A DNA stretch of 63,839 bases, filler included, from Octopus bimaculoides (taxonomy: Eukaryota), in NCBI RefSeq assembly GCF_001194135.2. It is 6 parts of 5 records of this genome, joined end to end, with 100 filler letters (N's around TTAATTAATTAA, not from the genome) between each part and the next. Parts side by side here need not be neighbours in the genome. Positions count along the whole stretch, not along the records: positions 31,403 to 52,588 come from NC_068981.1; 5 more parts are not named here. One strand, written 5' to 3'. The position numbers and the translations under genes are program-made. Positions 36,901 through 47,900 of the stretch are shown piece after piece; the first letter of the stretch is position 1; each line of letters opens with the position of its first letter. Below the pieces are notes generated by a model. The model saw nothing but the letters and a program-made list of their open reading frames with translations. It did not search any database and was not told the DNA's origin.

Positions 36901-38222
36901 AATTGTAATGTATTATGGTTAGTTGTCGTGTTACCCAGCTGTAAAAAGAGGTCCTTTTTCTGAAACAGTTGAAGTTAATGACAATTCGTGATTTCAGTTT
37001 TGCTTTACTCATTGTTTTGTTAGTTATCATGTGATCCAGCTGTAGAAAGTAGATTCTATCAAACATGTTTTAAATTATTAAATGTGCGTGTGTGCGTTTG
37101 CGTGTGTGCGTGTACGTGTGTGTCTGCGTGCGTATCTATGTGTGTGTGCATGCGTGCATGCGTGCGCGCATGTCTGAGTGTGTATGTCGGTGCTTAGGCG
37201 TTTACATATAGGGAGCGAGCCTGTGTCTTGTTTGTTGGTTGCTTAAGTGAATTTTTCCATGTAATTTAGTTACAGTAATGAGAACATTATTAAAATAAGG
37301 TTGCTTCCCTACCACATGCTTCCGGATTCAGACCAACTTCGTGGTACCTTGGGCAAATGTCGTCTAATATAGCCCCGGGCCGATCATATATATTAGAAGT
37401 TTATCAGTCAACAGTATGTCCTACCTTCGTGATAGCAGTGTGAATCAATCATTTTTCCTTTATGTCTACATATTATTGTTGGAAAAGGAAATACTTCTTT
37501 CCTACCAGCAATTAATATGTACTTATCAGTTTCCAAGAATGTGTTTAATATGTTAATTAGTAAATTCAATGATGTTACATCGATCTAATTGGTAGCGTTC
37601 TAAGCAATGTGTCCGTAAATTGTTTAATGAGTTGGATGTGGTGCTGAGGAAAGTGCAATAACTGCTGAAATATGAATATCTATTACCTATTTCTCTATCT
37701 TCGGTAGCATTGTTTACACAGCCCTATTTGTAGACCTGTTCGTATACGTAAATGCCAGTTGTGGCTCTAAATTCTATTGAAATCTGTTGAGATAATTTAA
37801 CAGTGAAATGTGTCCCAAACCCCCTATTCTTGACATATCTCCATTTCCGATGAGATAATAAACATACAAACAACTCTAATTATGTACGACTGTTTCCGAA
37901 ACCTCTCACAGTTTCAATTTAATGGCTTATCGAGCAACAAGATTCAAAGTGCAACGCTATTTTTTAACGTTATTTATTACCATCACTATAACTTTGCTAT
38001 GTAATTCTATTATTCTATTCAACATATCTAACGCACCAGACGTCTGTCACTGTATTATGATCCTGTACATTTCTCTATCTACGGATCCACTTTCTCACAT
38101 CCTCAAAATACATTATTGCTCTCTGTTTGTCTGTCTGTCTGTCTTTCTCTCTCTCTCTTTCTATCTAAATATATATACATACATACACACACACACACAC
38201 ACATATATATATACATATACAC

Positions 38223-38262
<40 letters not shown>

Positions 38263-38285
38263 TATTATACACACATACACACACT

Positions 38286-38328
<43 letters not shown>

Positions 38329-38854
38329 GCAAAAGCCAACCTATCTGCCTAAAGATCACTGTTCCCTCACCTGTACATTGGTTTAAACACAAAATCACAC
38401 TTCGACAACAAATGTCTACCGTTTGATATATTTATATCTCATGAGTGTTTGATATATTCTAACATTCCTGTAAAGATATGTAATTTAACTGTTTTAATAC
38501 CCATCTTATAGCAGTAATAGATGGCTTTGAAATATACAGTGGTCATATTTATATGTTCAACTAAGAACAAGTTATGGAATAATGTCGTCTTCCGAATTTT
38601 ATATCACTGCAAAAAAGCATCGTGGAGCATCGTGAAATAAAGTACTTTTCTCAAGAACGCTATGCATTTTCTTGTCCTGGAATCGCAAAAAAACCAGTTT
38701 TACGATCAATACCCGAACCATTCTTTATTTTACATCTTTGATACTGAGCGGTGAAAAGGTTGCAATTACAGCCACTTTACGCTAATTGTGGGGGAAACAA
38801 AGACTGAGTGCAAGGGCAGCAAAAAACAAAACAACAACTAATGATGTGAGAGTT

Positions 38855-39215
38855 TCAGGTTCTGTCAACAAACGTTTGGCACAAAGCTGATTCATAAGTT
38901 CCAAGAAAAGTGACACCAACCTCGAAAAGAACAAAGATCAGGGAAACCTTTTGTTCGGGAAGATGAGGCCTTGTTCGGAATAGCAGAAAAACAGCCCTTC
39001 GCTCGTGAATTTTTGGGAGAACTTGGTCCTTCAAAATCACCTTTAAATAGCACCTCTTTAAGCTCGGACTTGAAAACAGAAGCTGTTGAGAAGCTCCACA
39101 TGAGTTCTTCAGTGACCAGGCTCAACGACAGGTGAACACTTGAAAACAAGTGCTGGCTCATCCACCAGCTGCTCGTTTGTAAAGTCGAATTGTAACCAGG
39201 GAGAAAAGAATGTAC
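38855..39215. other. Coding-like unique island, strand/frame unresolved
   Basis: Higher-complexity sequence with long open frames on both strands. Minus acceptor ..ttactaacatAG|G at 39215; plus donor ACAG|GTGAAC at ~39131/39132. Confidence 0.3.
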
Positions 39216-40188
39216 CTATGTTAGTAATCTTAATAAAAGAAATCGGTGGCTTTCTTCCGGCTAGGTTGCAGACCTATTCTGAAATAAAGGCGGTTTGAAC
39301 ATATCGTCATGCTGGTAGAATTTTTCCGCCAGTAGAATTTTTAGGGATCGTTCGGACTTAGCTTGCCCCCATTGATCATTCCGGGGTCAGTCTCACTGCG
39401 TAGCACCTCGGGCAGGTGTCTTCTACTATAGCCTCAGGCCGACCAAAGCCTTATGAGTGGATTTGGTAGATGAAAACTGAAAGAAGCCGGTCGTATATAT
39501 ATNNNNNNNNNNNNNNNNNNNNNNNNNNNNNNNNNNNNNNNNNNNNNNNNNNNNNNNNNNNNNNNNNNNNNNNNNNNNNNNNNNNNNNNNNNNNNNNNNN
39601 NNNNNNNNNNNNNNNNNNNNNNNNNNNNNNNNNNNNNNNNNNNNNNNNNNNNNNNNNNNNNNNNNNNNNNNNNNNNNNNNNNNNNNNNNNNNNNNNNNNN
39701 NNNNNNNNNNNNNNNNNNNNNNNNNNNNNNNNNNNNNNNNNNNNNNNNNNNNNNNNNNNNNNNNNNNNNNNNNNNNNNNNNNNNNNNNNNNNNNNNNNNN
39801 NNNNNNNNNNNNNNNNNNNNNNNNNNNNNNNNNNNNNNNNNNNNNNNNNNNNNNNNNNNNNNNNNNNNNNNNNNNNNNNNNNNNNNNNNNNNNNNNNNNN
39901 NNNNNNNNNNNNNNNNNNNNNNNNNNNNNNNNNNNNNNNNNNNNNNNNNNNNNNNNNNNNNNNNNNNNNNNNNNNNNNNNNNNNNNNNNNNNNNNNNNNN
40001 NNNNNNNNNNNNNNNNNNNNNNNNNNNNNNNNNNNNNNNNNNNNNNNNNNNNNNNNNNNNNNNNNNNNNNNNNNNNNNNNNNNNNNNNNNNNNNNNNNNN
40101 NNNNNNNNNNNNNNNTATATATGCATGTGTGTGTATGTGTGTATGTATAATAATAGTAAAATTGTAATAATGTGTGTGTGTGTGTGTA

Positions 40189-40226
<38 letters not shown>

Positions 40227-40582
40227 TGTGTCTGTCTGTCTGTCTGTATGTGTTTGCATACATTTCTACGCTTATGTTACATTATCTACGTGCTGATTCT
40301 TCAACGTTTTAAACTCATATTCGACTGAAAGTAAATGAAAACAGTTATTGCCTTCCTCAAGAGTGAGTCGAGTAAACATATGTTGCTGGAAATATTTTAT
40401 TGATGAAGATTCAGTTAGCTACTTACTCAAACCAGTTTTCTTGCTAGCTTTTCTCAGGCCATACGTCTTTATTGAATTACATCAATTCATTTTACTGCGT
40501 CTAATTCACCAACGATTGTTGACAAATATAAAGGAAGTTCTAAAACAATAGAGCAATACTTCAATTCTGTAAGGGATCACAC

Positions 40583-40638
40583 CCATCATCATCATCATCA
40601 TCACCATCATCTTCATCATCAGCATTATCATCATCATC

Positions 40639-40693
<55 letters not shown>

Positions 40694-40707
40694 GCATTAT
40701 CATCATC

Positions 40708-40743
<36 letters not shown>

Positions 40744-40779
40744 TTCATCATCTTCATCATCATCATCATCTTCATCATC

Positions 40780-40827
<48 letters not shown>

Positions 40828-40899
40828 TTCATCATCTTCATCATCATCATCATCATCATCATCTTCATCATCTTCATCATCTTCCTCATCTTCATCATC

Positions 40900-40946
<47 letters not shown>

Positions 40947-41020
40947 TATCAACACCATCATCATCATTATCAACACCATCACCGCCACCACTATCACTAC
41001 CCACCGTCATCATTATCATA
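40583..41020. repeat. Patterned (CAT)n/(CTT) trinucleotide array
   Basis: Direct reading. It produces the poly-Asp and poly-Met ORFs in the track. Confidence 0.95.
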
Positions 41021-41349
41021 GACGTCAATATCATCCTTAGCTTTAATAATGTTTGCAGAGGCGAATTATTCAAACCCCAAATAATTCCTCTCAACACATG
41101 ACCCATGATGCTCCCCTGCTACTCCTGCTCGTAATCAGAGAGACACATATTGTTAGCCACTAAGAGACATGCTTAACTGGTTAAGGTCAAGCAACTGACA
41201 AGCAATCTGCGCTATTGGGTAGAATATTCCATGTAGCCCATCTTTTAGAGCAAGCCAAAACATATACATGTTAACACTTCGCATCAGTTAAGATCAGAAG
41301 CCAAGAGAGCCAGTGCGTAGTATTGCATACGGGTGTCATCATCATCATT

Positions 41350-41411
<62 letters not shown>

Positions 41412-41451
41412 TATTATTATTATTATCATTATTATTATTATTATTATTAGT

Positions 41452-43060
41452 TTATATAAAGGACTGGAAACTCAGCAGAAATGTAATAGATAGAGAGATG
41501 AGTTCTTAACTTTTGTATACGATTGCCAAATTTCATCTCTAAGGTAAACATAGCTGACGTAATCCATCACCAACTCAATGACAAAAAGCGAAACTCGAAA
41601 GTAATTTATTATTCTGGCCATGCCAAGGAGGCACACCTTTTGTAACAGTTCCACTTGGCACTCTATTCCAATTTCCTGGCACTCTCTTCACCTTCTTCAT
41701 TTTCCATAGAGGGCTGTATCTATCTATATTTTCGTCTTCCTTCTTGACTATTCGTGGGTCAAAGAGGCATGCAATATCAACTGTATAGCATATGTGCTGA
41801 ACCTTGTCCACCAACACTAGGTCCGGTCTGTTATATTCTATCACCTGATCTGTTTGGATTGGGAAATCCCAGAAGGTATCGCTAGTCTCTGACTCTGCCA
41901 CTCTCTGCAATCTTTGCTCATACCACGTCTTGCGTCCCTCTAGCTCTCACTTTTCGCACAGTTTCCAATGTAGCACTTTCGCTACCTAGTCGTGTCGCTA
42001 CAACTTGTAGTGGTTTGGGGCAAGTCTAGGGCATTCGTTCGTGATATGTGCAACGGTTTCATCCACTCTATTGCAGATGAGGCACAGTGGAAATACTTGC
42101 TCATTGCTAAGGTTGACCCTTCAGTTCGTGGCCAAAGCTTGGTCCTGTGCCGTCAGTATAATGCTTTCGGTCTCTTTTTTAAGGTTCCTCTTTTTAGCCA
42201 ATCCCACCTATTTTTACAGCAACCTCTGTTGTGGCTACATGGAATTGATTGTGTTGTCCCTTCTGGCGTAATTCTTCTTCATGTTCTTTTTGTACTTCTA
42301 CCTTTGTTTTCCCTTTTTTTCTGCTCTTAATACTCAGACATTCTTAGATGTCACGAGTAAGATTTCTTAACTTTGGGCTAAGTATCTAATTAAGCTTTCT
42401 AGTTCGAGACGCACGTAGTCTTCTACACTTATGAGCACCTTTCTTCCATTTGCTATCTTCATGTATAGGTTATCAGTGTCTCCACGTAGATGATGGGCTC
42501 CATCCATCGATAGGCGCTTTCTTCACTTCCTGTCCATCTCCTTTAGCTCCTCCTTTTATTCACTTTACGATTCCAGCGCCATAACGAGCTACTGCGACTG
42601 CGCGCGAGTTTATTGCCGAAATTATGCTTCTGGCATTCAGCTTTGAAGTCAATATTTATCTCACTCGGCGCAGGTGCTCTCTTTTTGTCTTTTCATTCAT
42701 GTCCAGGTGTTTGATTCCATCTGCCACAAGTATCTCCAGGTATGTATAACTGAAATAAGTTTCAATTGCCTTCATCATTTCACCACTTGGTAGCCATATG
42801 CCTTCTGTCCTGGCAAGCTTTCCTCGTCTCATCATCATCGTAGCACATTTTGAGAGTCCAAACTCTATCTTAATATCATAGGAGAAAATCCTTACAGACT
42901 GGACTAGCCGTTGTGCTATCCGTCTAGTTCCTGAAAGAGTTTCTTCTGATTTGCTTCAGACAATCTGTTTTGCCTGAACTGTTATTTTCTATTGTCATAT
43001 CTTTCCAGTTCTACTTTGATTGCTACTACTCTTTGTTTCAATTCTTCCAATACCACATAG
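41452..43060 (-). pseudogene. R4/Dong-clade retrotransposon, internally deleted, with REL endonuclease and (TAA)n 3' tail
   Basis: Minus strand: LKQRVVAIKVELERYDNR..QNRL..NQKKL (pre-RT), then a jump to DIKIEFGLSKCATMMMRRGK and YTYLEIL, WDWLKRG..ETESIILTAQDQA, and FWDFPIQTDQVIEYNRPDLVLVDK...TVDIAC (PD-D/ExK REL domain). The 3' end runs into (TAA)n/(TGA)n at 41340-41450. Confidence 0.9.
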
Positions 43061-43101
43061 TAAAATTTATCTCTTATTCTATATGTGTTTTTTCCAGCAT
43101 T

Positions 43102-43225
43102 GAAGGGACTACACAATCAATTCCATGTCACCACAACAGAAGGTGATGGAAAAATAGGTGGGATTGGCTGATGAAAGGAACCCTAAAAAAGAGACCGAAA
43201 GCACTATATTGGTGGCACAGGACTT
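43102..43225 (+). mobile_element. Inverted fragment of the same R4 family
   Basis: gaagggactacacaatcaattccatgt...aataggtgggattggct...aaaaaagagaccgaaagca..ggcacaggac matches the rc of ~42135-42275. Encodes RWDWLMKGTLKKETESTILVAQD. Confidence 0.8.
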
Positions 43226-43269
43226 AGTGTCGATGGACAAGGTTCAGCACATATATCAATCGTCAACGG

Positions 43270-43700
43270 TTAGCTGATAGAATCCTTAGCATACTGGGCC
43301 GAATTATTGTCGGTATTTAGTCCGTCTTTACGTTCTGATTCCAAATCTTACCGAGGTTGATTTTACCTTTCATTATTTCGGAGTCGATAAAATAGGTACC
43401 GGTTGAGTGCTGGGGTCGATGAAAACGACTAGCCACTCCGCCAAAAGTTTCAGGCCTTGTGCCTAAAATAGAAAAGATAATTATTATTAAGGTGATGAGC
43501 CAGCTGAATCGTTAGAATGCCGGACAAAATGTTTAGCTAATTTACTTCCGGCTCTTTAGGTCTTGCGTTTAAATTCAACATTTGTCGACTTTTACTTCTA
43601 TCCTTTTGGCGTCGAAAAAATAACTACCAGCTGAGCAGTAGAGTCCATGTAATCCACTAACCACTTTCTTCTAAAACAGCTGTTGCTGTGCCAAAATGTG
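43270..43700 (+). mobile_element. Two tandem SINE family A copies
   Basis: Head-to-tail copies joined at an (ATT)n tract near 43478-43490. Confidence 0.75.
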
Positions 43701-45883
43701 AAGGAACTATAGTTATTGCTATAATTGTTTTTTTTTTCCTGACAGCTCCGAAGAAACTGCATCATTTTTACGTTTTACTTGATGACTTCTCCTTTTCAAT
43801 ACTCTTTCCTGTGGCAAACGTAGGATATTGGACGACATGGCCTTTTGCACCAATAGGAGTTTGTGTAAAATATCTCTTTTCTTTCTTTTTTTTTTTTTTA
43901 CTAGAAGTATTATAATGTATTTCATTAAGGTTCCTTGGTTTAGAAGAGTGAACAAGTCGCGAAGAAAAGCATTAATGAATATAGTATTGAGTACAAGCTG
44001 AACAAGAAAACAAAATTTTAAGAAAGGCAGATGCGAACACATTATCACACAAAAATTACGTCATTTTTACACGTGAGGTCATTAATATATTAATGTACAT
44101 AACACCAACGCAAACATTAACACGCACTTTATTACTGAAGGTAGCACTACCTAACGAAATGTATTATACATTGCGCATCTGCGGAAGAAAATAAGTCACC
44201 AAGAAAAAAGTTAATATATAAATAAATAAAGTGGCGATGCTATTTCGTTAATGGAAGTAATATTATGGAAGAACGGATAAGGGAGATGGAAATTCCTTTC
44301 TGCTATTTATGAAAGCCAGAAACAGCTATACAATCATGTTCACTTTCTTGATTATGGAAATGGATATTCGAGCATTTGACTTACCACAAAGCGTGAAAAT
44401 TGTCTTAGTTGGTGTGCTCACACCCATTAACTTGTGCCACAGTATATGAAATGACGCAAAATATTCGTGGCATCATTGACAACTGGCGTGCTGTCACCTT
44501 TGCAACATAATAGGCACATATGGTAAGCGTCTAGGGGACCACATATAAGATGTAGTTGATTAGGTTCTGCATGGATATACCGGATAAACCGACCTACCTC
44601 AGAACACTACAAAAATATACCAAAAGCTATTCTGAGATGCGGATGTAATACAGAATGCGAACGAAGTTGCACAACAAAGATATTCTTTAGAACTATGGTA
44701 ATAAAGAACATGCTTAGTCATATCTGTCTAGAACAGCAAAAACGGTAGAAAAGAAAGTGGGTTTTAACATCTGTAAAAAACAAAAGAAACAAGAAGGTCA
44801 ACTAGTCTAATAAAATGCCATTTCCCGATGACAGCGACCTGTAACTCAGGACGGAAATGTAATGACTCCACATCGTTTGTCAGAGGACTGTCACCACGGG
44901 CTCTCTTTGTCATTCTCGGCGTAGCCTACTTCCACTTCTTGTAGCAAATATTGAGGGATATTTCAAGAATCAATATTTGTAGAAACAACAAAGACTGGGA
45001 GAAACACAGTTTCATGAGGAATAAAAATAACAGTCATGCAGAAATTCCGAAAATAGACTCTTTGAGTTGCCAACGACGCACTGAAGCACGATTTAAAAGA
45101 ATCAGAAGAATAATTAAGACAAAAAATCAAGAGTAGCATTGGAAGGAGAGGGTCTCCGATTGCAACGGGCATGAATGAAATAGTTCGTAATTGAAGTCCA
45201 TCTTATTTGGTTATGAACTGTTATAACTTAACTACCTGGTTATCGAGAGCCTTTCATATTAATCTGACTTTCAAATTGAACACAATATCTCTCAAGAACG
45301 CCCATACCAGCACGAACCAAAGATTAAATTATAAAGTGTCTTGATTGACGGTCAAAAACAAATGCAGATTACTGGTTGTATTTCTTGGATGGCTATAATA
45401 TATTATTTGTTTTTTTAAAATATATTTCACATACACATTTTTAAAAACTTTTCAGCAGTACTAAATAAAAAGTAATTTGTTTTCAGATATTGTGTACAAA
45501 GAGACAGATAGTCAGATGGACAGAAAAAGTGGGGAGTGCATGGGAACATTCTATTCATGTTAGCTGAAGACAGCATTTGATTTAGGGTTCAGGATTCCTA
45601 AAGATATGTTAAGCATTAAGAGCGCAGTATGCTTCTCAGTGCAGTTAACTCATTAACGAAAACAAGTGAATTTCACTGAAATAGTGAATTTTCCTCCGTC
45701 TTTCCGCATTCCCTAATATTTCACCGTCACATTTTATTTCTACTTCCCATAATCACATCCATTTAAGTAATGTTCATATTTTAATTGTCCGTTAATGCCA
45801 GAATGTAGAACGTCATATTGTGATTTTTTTGTCTGTCCATGCAAATATATTTTTTTGTTTTTTCTTATTCGTTCATCACTTAG

Positions 45884-46138
45884 GGCCAGATTATCACTGC
45901 AAAAGAGACTAGCATCTCCTATTGGGTTATTCTTGCACCTGTACGTTGGAAAGGAACTTGTTCACTTAGTATTGAAGCTGATTCTGGGTCAGTGGAGCTC
46001 ATTGACTGGCCCTCCTGTATCAGTGGGACAACATCATCCATGTGTCCACATATTTTGTGTACTATATACCCTTTTTTCTCATTTCCTCTCTTCTCCTTTT
46101 TCTTCTCCTTCAACTTGTTTTGTAAGCTCAAATTGTAA
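45884..46138 (+). CDS. Exon candidate (GQIITAKETSISYWVILAPVRWKGTCSLSIEADSGSVELIDWPSC...)
   Basis: Good acceptor ttttttcttattcgttcatcacttAG|. Two frames are open; frame 0 ends at TAA 46136-38 and AATAAA follows at 46180-85. An open minus frame also exists. Product unrecognised. Confidence 0.3.
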   Translation, partial: GQIITAKETSISYWVILAPVRWKGTCSLSIEADSGSVELIDWPSCISGTTSSMCPHILCTIYPFFSFPLFSFFFSFNLFCKLKL

Positions 46139-46194
46139 ACTGCCCTTCTAATCTACGCTGATCTGATGCATCTTTGACAAATAAAACTAATAAT

Positions 46195-46640
<446 letters not shown>

Positions 46641-47169
46641 CAGCAGCGGTAGTAGTGTTATCGATAGAGGGAGGACGATGGTGACGAGGAAGATGAGTAG
46701 GAAAGGTAGTAGACAGAATTGTTTGAGAATCACAAAGTGCCTTGAGCTATTGCTTACAACTCCTTATATTCTTAATTCGAAACATGTGAAGTTTCAATTT
46801 TGCCTTTTATCCAAGCGGGAACGATAAAATAGAGTGCCAGTCCAAGATAAGGTTTGAGGCTGTCGGCTGTTCAACAAATCTTCAAAAACTGCCGGCCTCG
46901 TAACAAAATTAGAAACCATAATCCCAAAGGCGATAATCTAAGAGAATTATTAACAAATTTATCAAAATGTTTAGCGGCATTTCTTCCGCAGAGGTTAACT
47001 TTGACTTTAATCGTTTCGAGATCGATCAAATAAAATATTGTTAAGTATGTAGTCGGACCTGAGTCTACAACTGTACCTTGAATAATATTTGACATTATAA
47101 TTATTGTTTACTTTGGGTGACTTCTCTATGTTGCTGCAGCTACTAGTAATAATAATAGTACTAATAATT

Positions 47170-47350
47170 TCTGTATGTAATATATATCTGTAAGTCCTGG
47201 TACTTTTGTTATGTATTTGTCTGAATATTTTTTATCGTGCCTAATGTGCCCACTATGATAGGAATTGTTTCTATTTTTAGATTCCACATTCGAGTTGCCT
47301 CTATTTCCAGGTCTTTGTATGTTGAAAGTTTCTTCATTTCTTTTAGACAA
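47170..47350 (-). pseudogene. R4/Dong REL-endonuclease C-terminal fragment
   Basis: KLSTYKDLEIEATRMWNLKIETIPIIVGTLGTIKKYSDKYITKVPG...IQK. Flanked by (TAA)/(ATT) tracts. Confidence 0.85.
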
Positions 47351-47449
47351 ACGTTGTCAATATTATTATTATTATTATTATTATTAATATTATTATTATT
47401 ATTATTATTTTCATTTTTATTTTTATGATAATTACTATTGTTAATAGTC

Positions 47450-47900
47450 AGGGATCTAATTTCTCTTCTGCACGCCTTCTCTCAACTCCATACCGAATGT
47501 GCGAGTACTTCGTTACTCCAATAAAATGCGTAATGTGCCTGTAGTGCCTATAAATCCAGTCTTTTCTGAATATTATTCATATTTTTATATACTGGATTTT
47601 CGCATATCGATTTTACCATGTACTTTTATTTATCCAATGCACGTATTCTTATATCATTTTTTTTGTTCTGTTTTCTCGACATACATTTGGGTTATCATTA
47701 TTCCTACATCTTAGTATTGTGATAATTGCCTTCTTTCTTTGCGAAACGCATTATATTTCATTGGGGTTGTTACGTAGACCTGTAGGTGGGTTTTCTCAAC
47801 AAAAAGCAGTGAAATAACCTTGATCTCCCTTTTTCTGTTTGTATTGTTATTTAGCACGGCATGGTTGCTTTGTTATTCTCGGATAACATTTCTGGCATAT
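47450..47900 (-). pseudogene. Older, very decayed R4-like 3' fragment
   Basis: HMPEMLSENNKATM..I.IQTE.. and IQK..FIGT..TLRILL resemble the EN...TILWDMPIQTD and IQKIALLGTAHILR motifs. Confidence 0.5.

Noticed and set aside
36939-36991. AG|CT GTA AAA AGA GGT CCT TTT TCT GAA ACA GTT GAA GTT (AVKRGPFSETVEV), resembling an FN3 domain end
   Set aside because: Only 17 codons, modest splice signals, and no other FN3 exons found to support it.
43167-43210. CTGATGA...GAAAGCACTA resembling a hammerhead
   Set aside because: Stem I does not pair, and the sequence is explained as R4 coding sequence WLMKGTLKKETESTI, homologous to ~42160-42205.
44330-44720. Possible further R4-like remnant
   Set aside because: Only a vague compositional resemblance and no unambiguous motif.
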